64,000 nucleotides of DNA from positions 139,519 to 203,518 of the forward strand of contig CBDFGU010000009.1 in NCBI GenBank assembly GCA_965247335.1. The letters run 5' to 3'. The notes under the pieces are model-generated. The model saw only the letters and a list, made by a program, of their open reading frames with translations, did not search any database and was not told the origin of the DNA. Shown in pieces: positions 35,575 through 44,628 of the stretch. Each line of letters starts with the position of its first letter. Within the stretch, counting starts at the first letter, position 1. The position numbers and the translations under genes were made by a program. This DNA is from Rickettsiales bacterium. Its GTDB lineage: Bacteria; Pseudomonadota; Alphaproteobacteria; Rickettsiales; UBA3002.

Positions 35575-36858
35575 ATGCAACATTTTGATGAACTACAATT
35601 GCCGCCTGCCCTGAAAGCGGCACTCGTGGCGATGAACTACACCACTCCCACCCCCATCCAGGCGCAGGCCATTCCACTCGTGCTCGAAGGGCGTGACGTC
35701 CTCGGTACCGCGATGACCGGCTCGGGCAAGACCGCCGCCTTCTGCGTCCCGATGATCGCCCGCATGCTCACCAACTCGCGCGGCACGGCGCTCATCATGC
35801 TGCCGACGCGCGAACTGGCGAACCAGGTCGAAGCCGTCGTCAAACAATTGCTCGGGCCATACGGCACCATCAAATCCGCCCTGCTCATCGGTGGTGATTC
35901 GATGCCGAAGCAACAGGCGCAACTGCGCATGCGTCCGCGGATCATCGTCGGCACGCCGGGCCGCATCAGCGACCACCTCCAACGTGGCAGCCTGATGCTG
36001 CACGATGCGACCTATCTCGTACTCGATGAAACCGACCGTATGCTCGACATGGGCTTCGAGGATCAGATCCTTGCGATCCTAAAATACCTGCCGCAACAAC
36101 GCCAGACCCTGCTTTTCTCGGCAACCCTTCCCGCGCAGATTCTGAAACTGTCGGAAAAGTACCTCAAGAACCCGGCACGTGTCGAAGTCGGCGAAGCCAA
36201 CCAGGTCGCGACCAATATCGAGCAGAAAACGTTGAACGTCACCAACGAGGATAAATTCAACACCCTCGTGCGTGAACTGAAAGAACGCGAAGGCACCGCC
36301 ATCGTTTTCGTGAAAGCGAAATACGCGACGGAAAAACTCGCGGCGAAACTCAAGAAGGTCGGCATCACCGCAGACGCTATCCATGGCGACCTCGAGCAGC
36401 GCCAGCGCGAACGCGTGCTGCTCGCTTTCCGGGAGAAACGCCACCGTATCCTCGTCGCCACCGACATCGCCGCGCGCGGCCTCGATATTCCGCATATCGA
36501 GCACGTCATCAACTACGACCTGCCGCAGGCGCCGGAGGATTACATCCACCGCATCGGTCGCACCGGGCGTAACGGTGCCGAAGGTTCCGCGATCAGTTTC
36601 ATCTGCCCGGAAGATGCGCTCAAATGGCGCAACATCCAGAAGCTGATGGACCCGACCGCGAAATTCGAGCCGCTGCCGGCAGGGGCTCCGGGCGTGAAGA
36701 AAAAACGCCGTGGTGGCCGTGGTCGCAGTGGTGGCGGTCAAGGCGGCAGTGGCGTTGGCCACGGTGGTAACGGCGGCCAGCATCGCCAAGGTGGCAATGG
36801 CGGTGGTCAAGGCGGGCAGCGTCACAGCGCGCCACGCGTTGCGGCCAGCGGTTCGTAG
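35575..36858 (+). CDS. rhlE: DEAD-box ATP-dependent RNA helicase (RhlE-like) with Gly-rich C-terminal tail
   Basis: PTPIQ (Q motif), AMTGSGKT, PTRELA, VLDETDRML (DETD variant of DEAD), SAT, HRIGRTGR. The tail reads GGRGRSGGGQGGSGVGHGGNGGQHRQGGNGGGQGGQ. Confidence 0.85.
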   Translation: MQHFDELQLPPALKAALVAMNYTTPTPIQAQAIPLVLEGRDVLGTAMTGSGKTAAFCVPMIARMLTNSRGTALIMLPTRELANQVEAVVKQLLGPYGTIKSALLIGGDSMPKQQAQLRMRPRIIVGTPGRISDHLQRGSLMLHDATYLVLDETDRMLDMGFEDQILAILKYLPQQRQTLLFSATLPAQILKLSEKYLKNPARVEVGEANQVATNIEQKTLNVTNEDKFNTLVRELKEREGTAIVFVKAKYATEKLAAKLKKVGITADAIHGDLEQRQRERVLLAFREKRHRILVATDIAARGLDIPHIEHVINYDLPQAPEDYIHRIGRTGRNGAEGSAISFICPEDALKWRNIQKLMDPTAKFEPLPAGAPGVKKKRRGGRGRSGGGQGGSGVGHGGNGGQHRQGGNGGGQGGQRHSAPRVAASGS

Positions 36859-36878
36859 CCAATCAGCAATTCTGCGTC

Positions 36879-36903
36879 ACGGGGCCTGCGGGCCCCGTTT
36901 TCG
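36879..36903 (+). terminator. rho-independent terminator after rhlE
   Basis: acggggcc-tgcg-ggccccgt followed by tttcgtt. Confidence 0.6.
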
Positions 36904-36980
36904 TTGATGTCACGAAATGTTCATTTGTCCTGTCTTGGCTAACAGGCTAAAACTTTGCCGTTTACAGGATGGAGGGTGCC

Positions 36981-38198
36981 ATGCAATTCACCAAAATGGC
37001 TGAAGGCAAAAAAGGTAAAAAAGATGAATGGAAATATCCAGCCATCGAAGCCTACGATTCCGGCCACCTCAGCGTTTCCGAACATCCGCCGCATCACATG
37101 CATTGGGCGGAATACGGCAACCCGAAAGGTGAACCTGTCATCTTCATCCATGGCGGCCCGGGTGGCGGTAGCCATGCAAAATATGCCCGCTTCTTCAATC
37201 CCAACCGCTACCGTGTCCTCATGTTCGACCAGCGCGGCTGCGGTGAATCCATCCCCCATGTGAAAGACGACCTTAAAGGCGCGATGGATGGCAACATCAC
37301 CGCGAACCTTGTCGAGGATATCGAAAAACTCCGCGCCGCGCGCGGCATCACCGGCAAGGCGCATGTTTTCGGTGGCAGTTGGGGATCCACCCTCGCTATG
37401 GCGTATGCACAGGCTCATCCTGAGAACGTGCAGGACCTCATCCTGCGCGGCATCTTCCTCTGCGACCAGCGCGACCTTGCGTATCTCTACCAAGGCAATG
37501 CCGCAACCTACCATCAGAGCCCCGACAATATCACCAAACCCGGCACCTATCGCGCCTATCGCACCACCGGCGCTTACGGTGGCATCCCGACCCACCTCAC
37601 GGACGAACGCATGGCTGCCGCCTACCATCAGGCATGGCATGATTACGTTACCGCCATCCCGGTTGAAGAGCGCGGCGACATGATTGCGGCATACCATCGC
37701 CGCTTGAATTCTCCGGAATTCACCGCAGAACAAAAACTCGAAGCCGCCAAGACATGGTCGGTGTGGGAAGGCGTGACCAGTTATCTCAACCACGATGTCT
37801 CGAAAGAAGCGCTCGCCCAGTATTATGACCCGAAATTCGCGACCGCTTTCGCCACCATCGAGAACGAGTATTTCTATCGTGCCCGGCGCGGCGAAGACCA
37901 TACACTGGCCGAACTGACGTCGCCGATGAACATCGCCAAACTCGCGAAGATCCCTGTTCATATCGTGCAAGGTGAACACGATCAGGTCTGTACACGCGAC
38001 AGCGCCCGCAGCCTGAAAAAATCCTTGGAAGATGCCGGGGCCGAGCAGCTTTGCTATCAGGAAACCGAAGCCGGCCACGCCATGACAGAGCGCACCACCA
38101 ATGTTACCCTCACGGCCATCATGGAGACATTGCCACGCCAGTGGAGTCACCTTGCCAGCGGCACACCCGGCCAAAAAACGTATTCACCGGGCATGTAA
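36981..38198 (+). CDS. pip: prolyl aminopeptidase (proline iminopeptidase, alpha/beta hydrolase S33)
   Basis: VIFIHGGPGGG, MFDQRGCGES, GGSWGSTLA (GxSxG nucleophile elbow). Start set at ATG 36981, preceded by GGAGGG. Confidence 0.75.
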   Translation: MQFTKMAEGKKGKKDEWKYPAIEAYDSGHLSVSEHPPHHMHWAEYGNPKGEPVIFIHGGPGGGSHAKYARFFNPNRYRVLMFDQRGCGESIPHVKDDLKGAMDGNITANLVEDIEKLRAARGITGKAHVFGGSWGSTLAMAYAQAHPENVQDLILRGIFLCDQRDLAYLYQGNAATYHQSPDNITKPGTYRAYRTTGAYGGIPTHLTDERMAAAYHQAWHDYVTAIPVEERGDMIAAYHRRLNSPEFTAEQKLEAAKTWSVWEGVTSYLNHDVSKEALAQYYDPKFATAFATIENEYFYRARRGEDHTLAELTSPMNIAKLAKIPVHIVQGEHDQVCTRDSARSLKKSLEDAGAEQLCYQETEAGHAMTERTTNVTLTAIMETLPRQWSHLASGTPGQKTYSPGM

Positions 38199-38245
38199 CT
38201 GCACCTATCATTTGTGTTTTTGCGCGGCAATGCCATACTGGCACA

Positions 38246-39214
38246 ATGAGCGATACACGCCGTAAATACGCTACGATCAATCACCCGACGATTGCAGCCT
38301 TGGTCGGCGATCACTACCGTTATAAAGCCCATGCGCAGGCGCTGAAACGTTTCCACGATATCACTGCGAATTTTGTTCTCTCAAAGGAACAGTCTGCTGC
38401 TGATAAGCGCAATCCATCGGCAATTCTCTGGATCAAAGGATTTGGCCTCACCGACACCGACGAAACCGCAGGCTTCACTGGCCACTTTGCAAAAATAACT
38501 ATTGTCGAGTGCTCAGGTGGCCTGTTCACCCTGAAAGCGACCAAACTCGAACGCCTGCTTGCCGTTCATCCGCAGAAAAAACGTCCCAGCACTAAACATC
38601 CGAACTGGGGGCATCCGGTTATGCGTTCGGTGAAACGCGGCAAACTGTATGATAGCCTCGAAAAAGCCCAGGCCGACCTAGAATTGTTGCATCTCGAATT
38701 CCCGGAAGTATCGATTCCCGGTGGCGCGAAGCTATACATCATTATCTATGAAAAACGCGAAGGCATCGCCCGCCCGACCCATAAGATCCTCCTCGAAATC
38801 GAGGCACAGGCAGGTGGCGGTTTTATCATTACCTGCCGCGACAATGAAAAAACTAGTAAGTCCAAGGCCACCAGTCCGGTGTACGATGCTACAAACGAGG
38901 CTTCAGCGCCTGGCCATTTCACCTCAACCGAGGCAGTGCGCAAACTCAATCGTCGCCGCACGCGTCCTACGGCCGCTTCAGTCGAAGTGAGCGAAAACGA
39001 TACCGGCAAATTCGGTGCCTCAGAAAAAGAGCGCAAAAAACGCAAGAAAAAGAAAAAACTACCACGCGTGACGGCAACCCCACCTGCCGGTGAAACCACA
39101 GCACAGGCCCAGGCCCGCTTTCGCAATGCCGAGCTCGAACGCGAAACACGCCGCCGCCGACGGGTAACCATATTCGATGCCAAGCGCCAAACCTCGCGTG
39201 ATAAACTCGATTAG
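38246..39214 (+). CDS. hypothetical protein with basic K/R-rich C-terminal region
   Basis: Internal ATG at 38246 of track ORF 38051-39214, whose 5' part overlaps pip. Contains EKERKKRKKKKKLPR and RETRRRRRV. No family recognised. Confidence 0.45.
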   Translation: MSDTRRKYATINHPTIAALVGDHYRYKAHAQALKRFHDITANFVLSKEQSAADKRNPSAILWIKGFGLTDTDETAGFTGHFAKITIVECSGGLFTLKATKLERLLAVHPQKKRPSTKHPNWGHPVMRSVKRGKLYDSLEKAQADLELLHLEFPEVSIPGGAKLYIIIYEKREGIARPTHKILLEIEAQAGGGFIITCRDNEKTSKSKATSPVYDATNEASAPGHFTSTEAVRKLNRRRTRPTAASVEVSENDTGKFGASEKERKKRKKKKKLPRVTATPPAGETTAQAQARFRNAELERETRRRRRVTIFDAKRQTSRDKLD

Positions 39215-39268
39215 CCCCTTCCCGGTAACGCAATCCCGTGCAACTCTGATGACTCACAAGGAGTCCTC

Positions 39269-39691
39269 ATGAAACGATATTTACCCAGCAGCCGCACGCG
39301 TAGCAGCATCACGACTACCAGCGCCCTCGGCGACCAACTCATCCGCGAGTTCACCAAGCAGGCACAGTCCATCATGCAGGAGCTCGCCACACAATTCACC
39401 GACACCTTGCAGCAACAGTCGGCGCAAATCGTCACTAGGGCATCAGGCTTTTCGACAAGCGGCACCGCTGACGTCGGTGGCACTGTCGCAGGCAGCAATG
39501 CCGATCAGATCGGCGGCATCGGCCAGCTACTTAACACCGGCGCGCGCTATCTCATCAGCCGTCCACGGACATCGACCAACACGGCTGAGACTGGCCGTTC
39601 CATCGATACCGCATCGCAATTTCGGGTCAGCACAGCCCAATCCGCTGCCGAGGCCCAGCAGATGCTCAACAGAGGAAGTAAAAATCTTTGA
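39269..39691 (+). CDS. hypothetical protein
   Basis: 140-aa Ser/Thr/Gln-rich ORF with no motif recognised. Confidence 0.4.
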   Translation: MKRYLPSSRTRSSITTTSALGDQLIREFTKQAQSIMQELATQFTDTLQQQSAQIVTRASGFSTSGTADVGGTVAGSNADQIGGIGQLLNTGARYLISRPRTSTNTAETGRSIDTASQFRVSTAQSAAEAQQMLNRGSKNL

Positions 39692-39813
39692 GCGTAAAAT
39701 AACACCGGGCGGCAAGACAGTTGGTGGTGTCAAACGGCACAATATTGATCAGCGTTTGGTACAATCCATCACACCGACTCACGTGCTGGAATTGCCTTTT
39801 TCGCCTGCAAGCG

Positions 39814-40212
39814 ATGCATGACAAGCAAACGCGCTACTGTGCTTCCTACGCCACAGAATGGTCGGAATTCGCTTTAGAATTTCATGGAACTGTCACACAC
39901 ATAGCTTGTTGGTATCGCTATGGTGATGCTATGCAGTACGAATCACCGCGACCAACGATCGACGACTTTCAGGCCATCACTCCTATGTTCAATCCGACCG
40001 ATTACATCAAAATGAACGAAGACGGGTATGCGCTTTGCACCAACCCGATGGCGGATGGCGGCCTCGAAGCGATCATGGTGAACACTCGCCTGAATGGTGA
40101 AGGCCTGCGTAATTTCGAAGGGTCCATCAAGCGCATGGTGCTCAGCAAGCTATTTTCGCCCAAGTTTGGCGAAGTCATTCTTACGGCGACGCGGCTGAAC
40201 GAGGCTGCTTAA
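39814..40212 (+). CDS. hypothetical protein
   Basis: Track ORF 39721-40212 with the first ATG at 39814. No motif recognised. Confidence 0.4.
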   Translation: MHDKQTRYCASYATEWSEFALEFHGTVTHIACWYRYGDAMQYESPRPTIDDFQAITPMFNPTDYIKMNEDGYALCTNPMADGGLEAIMVNTRLNGEGLRNFEGSIKRMVLSKLFSPKFGEVILTATRLNEAA

Positions 40213-40301
40213 TAGCCACGAAATATCTAAAAACGCCTGAATGCCTCATTTTCTACTTCCCTTGCCTTGCAATCGCGAAGCGCGGCGCTACACTCCGCGC
40301 C

Positions 40302-40664
40302 ATGGAACGTCCCCGTTACGAACAGTTCGGCATCAATATCGAGGAGCAAGGTAACACCACCCATGTCTTTAAGAATGGTGTGTTGCTCGGCTCCTTCACT
40401 ATCGAGATTGAAAGCCGCAAACTGAAGTTCGATTTCCCGAATAACAAGTTCTTCAATTATTTCGCCTATGTTGCGTCGGACAAACCAAGCAACCGCGTCA
40501 AATGGGTGAACGAGAATTTGAGCCAGGATTCGATGGATAATTTGCAGGCCGGCGTTGCCTTCCTCGGCTTCGCGAAATTTGAGGAATTGATGGCGCTGAC
40601 CCTGCAAGCCGCCGAGGACGGGGAGGAAAATCGTGGCACCGCCTCGCAAACCATCGTTCACTGA
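40302..40664 (+). CDS. hypothetical protein
   Basis: 120-aa ORF. Third codon positions are predominantly G/C (checked by eye), which favours this strand over antisense ORF 40227-40709. Confidence 0.45.
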   Translation: MERPRYEQFGINIEEQGNTTHVFKNGVLLGSFTIEIESRKLKFDFPNNKFFNYFAYVASDKPSNRVKWVNENLSQDSMDNLQAGVAFLGFAKFEELMALTLQAAEDGEENRGTASQTIVH

Positions 40665-41001
40665 TAAACTCAAAAGCGGCTCCGGCGAAGGCAAGGAAGC
40701 GTCTGCCACCAGTGGCGATAACCCGTTTCTGCAGGACCTCGACCAAAAGAGCCCACAGGAGCTTGCCGATTATTTCTATGCGCTCGCCGAAGAGATTATT
40801 GCCAGTCCCGAAGAATACAAAATTAAAATGCAGCTCGCCCAGCTCGACATCAGCGAGCTCGACAATATCGACCTCAACACCGCCGCTGGTCGCAAGAAGC
40901 TCGCCAAAATATTCCGCCTGCTCGCCGAGCAAGCGCTGCGTGGGAAAGAAGTGTATCAGGCCACCGTGGTCGACAAATCGAAATCAGGCAAAGGTCGCTA
41001 A
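40633..41001 (+). CDS. hypothetical protein (possibly the downstream part of a frameshifted gene with 40302-40664)
   Basis: GTG-initiated ORF that overlaps the previous ORF by 32 nt in another frame. Codon pattern is coding-like. Confidence 0.4.
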   Translation: MAPPRKPSFTDKLKSGSGEGKEASATSGDNPFLQDLDQKSPQELADYFYALAEEIIASPEEYKIKMQLAQLDISELDNIDLNTAAGRKKLAKIFRLLAEQALRGKEVYQATVVDKSKSGKGR

Positions 41002-41017
41002 GCCACAATAAACGCTG

Positions 41018-41049
41018 TCATTCCAGCGAAAGCTGGAATGAATCTTTTC
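41018..41049 (+). terminator. hairpin / candidate terminator after the 38.2-41.0 kb gene string
   Basis: tcattccagc-gaaa-gctggaatga (10-bp perfect stem, GAAA loop) followed by atcttttc. Confidence 0.45.
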
Positions 41050-41082
41050 ATGATAGAAAAAACATCTTTGAACTTCAGACAT

Positions 41083-41110
41083 AAAAAAGGGACAGCCTGA
41101 TGGCTGCCCT
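41083..41110 (-). terminator. rho-independent terminator downstream of lon
   Basis: The minus strand reads gggcagcc-atca-ggctgtcc + cttttttat. The single imperfection is a G-U pair on this strand and an A-C mismatch on the other. Confidence 0.5.
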
Positions 41111-41209
41111 TTCTGTTTCTGCCTAAGCCATAAGCGAGTCGACGAGCGAGCCATCAGCCAACAACCTGCCGAAGCGATCGTCAGTAACGATCCCATACAG
41201 CAATCAAAA

Positions 41210-43618
41210 CTAGTGCGGTCTTGTAGCATCCCCATCTTCATCATCTTTACCTGCTTTAAGCACGCTCTCATCCTCTACTTCTACCCAATCCGTGATTGGC
41301 TTCGGCACTTCGACCAATGCATGTTTGAGTACTTCATCCACATGTCCAACAGGGATGATCGTAAGTAGCTTCTTCACATTATCCGGAATCTCCTCGAGAT
41401 CCTTCACGTTCTCCTGCGGAATCAGCACAGTCGTAATTCCACCGCGCAGCGCTGCCAGCAGCTTCTCCTTGAGCCCCCCGATTGCAGTCACCCGGCCACG
41501 CAAGGTCACTTCCCCCGTCATCGCCACGGTTTTTTTCACTGGAATACCCGTCAGCACGGATACAATGGTCGTGCACATCGCTATACCGGCGGATGGGCCA
41601 TCCTTCGGCGTCGCCCCGTCCGGCACATGCACGTGGATGTCCTTCTGCTTGAACTTGGTCGGTTTGATGCCGAATTCGAGCGCCCGGCTATGCACATAAC
41701 TGTGCGCCGCCTGTACCGATTCCTTCATCACATCACCCAGCGTACCGGTGTATTTGATACCGCCCTTGCCCGGTACCGTCACGGACTCGATGACCAGCAG
41801 ATCACCGCCCGTTTCCGTCCAGGCAAGACCAGTGGTAACACCGATCTGATCCTCTTTTTCTGCCTCGCCGTAGGACGTTTTACGTACACCGAGATATTTA
41901 CCAAGGTTTTTACGACTGATGACGATCTTTTTCTCACCTTTCATCATAATCTGTCGCACTGCCTTACGGGTCATCCGCGCGATCTCACGCTCAAGATTAC
42001 GCACCCCGGCTTCACGCGTGTAATAGCGGATCGTATCGCGCAACGAATCTTCCGAGATGGAAATCTCGTTCTTGCTCAGCCCATGGTCCCGCATCACTTT
42101 CGGGATCAAATGATTCACTGCGATATCGACTTTCTCGTCCTCGGTATAGCCCGATAGGCGGATCACTTCCATCCGGTCGAGCAGCGGCCGCGGCATGTTG
42201 AGCGAGTTCGCCGTGGTAATGAACATCACGTCGCTGAGATCGTAATCCACTTCGAGATAGTGATCGTTGAAGTTCTTATTCTGTTCTGGGTCTAGCACTT
42301 CGAGCAGCGCTGCTGCCGGGTCACCGCGGAAATCATTGCCCATCTTATCGATCTCATCAAGCAGTATCATCGGGTTCGACGATTTCGATTTCTTCATGCT
42401 CTGGATTAGTTTACCCGGCATCGAGCCGATATACGTCCGACGGTGCCCGCGGATCTCCGATTCATCCCGCACCCCACCCAGCGATATCTTGATGTAGTTC
42501 CGCCCCGTCGCCTTCGCGATCGAACGCGCCAGCGAGGTTTTACCTACGCCTGGAGGGCCTACGAGGCACAGGATTGGGCCTTTGATCGATTTAGTCCGCG
42601 CCTGCACCGCGAGATACTCGAGGATGCGCTCTTTCACCTTTTCCAGCCCTGTATGATCCTGATCGAGAATTAGTTCCGCCGCCGGCAGGTCACGCTTCAC
42701 CTTGGTCGGTTTCTTCCATGGCAGGGAGATGATCCAGTCGAGGTAATTACGAATGACCGAAGCCTCCGCCGACATGCTCGACATCGTGCGCAGTTTCTTC
42801 AGCTCCGACTCGCATTTCTCGCGCGCTTCCTTGCTCAGTTTCGTTTTCTTGATCTTTTCTTCAAGTTCGCTCGCCTCATCGCGGCCTTCATCGATCTCGC
42901 CAAGTTCCTTCTGAATCGCTTTCAACTGCTCGTTAAGGTAATACTCGCGCTGCGTCTTTTCCATCTGGCGCTTTACACGGCCACGAATACGCTTCTCGGT
43001 GTTCAGCACGCCGATCTCCGATTCCATGAGCGCATACACATGCTCGAGTCGTTCGGCAATCTTGATGATCTCGAGGATCTCCTGTTTCGCGGGAATATCG
43101 ATGCTCATATGTGCCGCAACCGTGTCCGCGAGGATCGATGGCGAGGTGATCTTGCCGATCGCGCCGAGTGTCTCCGGCTGGATCTTCTTGTTGAGCTTGA
43201 TGTATTCCTCGAACTTCGAAATCACCGAACGGAACATCGCCTCGGTCTCCACCGGGTCACCCACCGGTTCCGGTAATTCTTCAGCTTCCACTTCGTAGAA
43301 TTCTTCGTTCTCGTTGAAGTGATTCACCTTAGCGCGCTGCACACCTTCGACCAGAACTTTTACGGTCCCGTCGGGCAGGCGTAATAACTGCAGCACCGTG
43401 GCAATCGTGCCGACCCGGTAAAGATCTTCTTTGGTCGGGATGTCCTGCGAACCGTTCTTCTGGCTCACCAATAATATCTTGTTGTTGGCCTTCACAACCG
43501 ATTCAAGTGCCTTGACCGATTTTTCACGCCCGACGAAGAGTGGCACCACCATGCCCGGGAAGACAACAATGTCACGCAGTGGCAACACGGGCAGGTTGAG
43601 AATCGAGGATGATGTCAT
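41210..43618 (-). CDS. lon: ATP-dependent Lon protease
   Basis: 802 aa. LPVLPLRDIVVFPGMV (LON N-domain), GPPGVGKTS (Walker A), DGPSAG (catalytic Ser). Confidence 0.95.
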   Translation of the reverse strand: MTSSSILNLPVLPLRDIVVFPGMVVPLFVGREKSVKALESVVKANNKILLVSQKNGSQDIPTKEDLYRVGTIATVLQLLRLPDGTVKVLVEGVQRAKVNHFNENEEFYEVEAEELPEPVGDPVETEAMFRSVISKFEEYIKLNKKIQPETLGAIGKITSPSILADTVAAHMSIDIPAKQEILEIIKIAERLEHVYALMESEIGVLNTEKRIRGRVKRQMEKTQREYYLNEQLKAIQKELGEIDEGRDEASELEEKIKKTKLSKEAREKCESELKKLRTMSSMSAEASVIRNYLDWIISLPWKKPTKVKRDLPAAELILDQDHTGLEKVKERILEYLAVQARTKSIKGPILCLVGPPGVGKTSLARSIAKATGRNYIKISLGGVRDESEIRGHRRTYIGSMPGKLIQSMKKSKSSNPMILLDEIDKMGNDFRGDPAAALLEVLDPEQNKNFNDHYLEVDYDLSDVMFITTANSLNMPRPLLDRMEVIRLSGYTEDEKVDIAVNHLIPKVMRDHGLSKNEISISEDSLRDTIRYYTREAGVRNLEREIARMTRKAVRQIMMKGEKKIVISRKNLGKYLGVRKTSYGEAEKEDQIGVTTGLAWTETGGDLLVIESVTVPGKGGIKYTGTLGDVMKESVQAAHSYVHSRALEFGIKPTKFKQKDIHVHVPDGATPKDGPSAGIAMCTTIVSVLTGIPVKKTVAMTGEVTLRGRVTAIGGLKEKLLAALRGGITTVLIPQENVKDLEEIPDNVKKLLTIIPVGHVDEVLKHALVEVPKPITDWVEVEDESVLKAGKDDEDGDATRPH

Positions 43619-43782
43619 GGGAAAACCGTTAAAAATTGGTGGAATGACAGAAGTATGCTAACAGGAAATATAGAACGCCTAAGCCCAATGTAAAGGGCTA
43701 CCATAAATGATATTTTGCTTGTCCTCCGCTTTTGCTAACGTTTCTTTAACTGTTTCGCCTGACACTGAAAATGGGTCTTTAT

Positions 43783-44577
43783 ATGCACGATGGACATTCA
43801 CGCTACCGCGCCTTCACTCTGGTCGAGATGTCAATCGTGCTGGTCATCGTTGGCCTGCTGGTCGGAGGCGTTGCCATCGGCACGTCAGTACTGCGCAATT
43901 CCGAGATGCAAACAGTCATCAGCGATTATACGAAATACGCCAACGCCTTTAATCAATTCATTGTGCAGTACGGCAGCCCGCCGGGTGACCTTAAGGACGC
44001 TACCAGCTATTGGGGCGATAATGCGACGGTCTGCGCGGATGCCACCATCACGAACGGCAGCCCCGGCACCTGCAACGGCGATGGCAACAGCATCATTACG
44101 GATATCGGCGCCGAACCAAACATGGCCTGGACGCATTTGCAACTTGCCAAGCTGATTGCCGGCAATAACTTCATTACCGCGACAATCGTCAACCCACCGG
44201 CAAGCGGCACGACCGTCCCTGCCGGACGACTGACCGGTTCTGGATGGGTCTTATTCAACAACAGTGCCTTTGTTGGAACAGGCATGTGGTATAATCAGGA
44301 TTTAGGCAATTTGCTGTCTATCGGTCGACCCGTTTCGATTGGCACGAACCTTTATGTTGGTGGCAATCCCGTCATGACAGCGACCGAAGCGTGGCAAATC
44401 GATGCAAAGATCGATGACGGCAAGCCGGCAACGGGCCGCATCCTGACGCTAAACCCGACCGGCAGCGGAACTCCCGTTCCCAACTGCGCGACCACTTCGG
44501 TTGATGCGACGGCTGCCTATAATGTCACGTACAGTGATAAGGCGTGTTCGCTGATGATGTCCACCACCACCAAATAA
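43783..44577 (+). CDS. prepilin-type N-terminal cleavage/methylation domain protein (pilin/pseudopilin-like)
   Basis: RAFTLVEMSIVLVIVGLLVGG matches the class III signal and hydrophobic helix. The rest is Gly/Thr/Asn-rich with Cys pairs. Start set at ATG 43783. Confidence 0.7.
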   Translation: MHDGHSRYRAFTLVEMSIVLVIVGLLVGGVAIGTSVLRNSEMQTVISDYTKYANAFNQFIVQYGSPPGDLKDATSYWGDNATVCADATITNGSPGTCNGDGNSIITDIGAEPNMAWTHLQLAKLIAGNNFITATIVNPPASGTTVPAGRLTGSGWVLFNNSAFVGTGMWYNQDLGNLLSIGRPVSIGTNLYVGGNPVMTATEAWQIDAKIDDGKPATGRILTLNPTGSGTPVPNCATTSVDATAAYNVTYSDKACSLMMSTTTK

Positions 44578-44602
44578 AAAAGGGGCGCAGTACGCGCCCC
44601 TT
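44576..44602 (-). terminator. terminator between convergent pilin-like gene and clpX (T-tract on the clpX strand)
   Basis: ggggcgc-agtac-gcgcccc, flanked by an A-run on the plus strand, which is a T-run after the stem on the minus strand. Confidence 0.6.
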
Positions 44603-44628
44603 CATGTTCATCCCGATTAAACTTGTAG

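Noticed and set aside
35593-36825. Minus-strand ORFs of 136, 109, 149 and 248 aa, and plus-strand ORFs 36383-36646 and 36710-36907
   Set aside because: All are antisense or off-frame to the DEAD-box helicase gene, including its Gly-rich tail repeats. None has an independent motif.
36939-38174. 411-aa ORF on the minus strand
   Set aside because: It is exactly antisense to the well-supported prolyl aminopeptidase gene (GGPGGG, GGSWGS motifs). Its product is low-complexity with no motifs. This is the typical shadow ORF of GC-rich coding DNA.
40227-40932. Minus-strand ORFs 40227-40709 (160 aa) and 40498-40932 (144 aa)
   Set aside because: The third-position G/C bias checked by eye favours the plus-strand ORFs 40302-40664 and 40633-41001. 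This is less certain than the other rejections.
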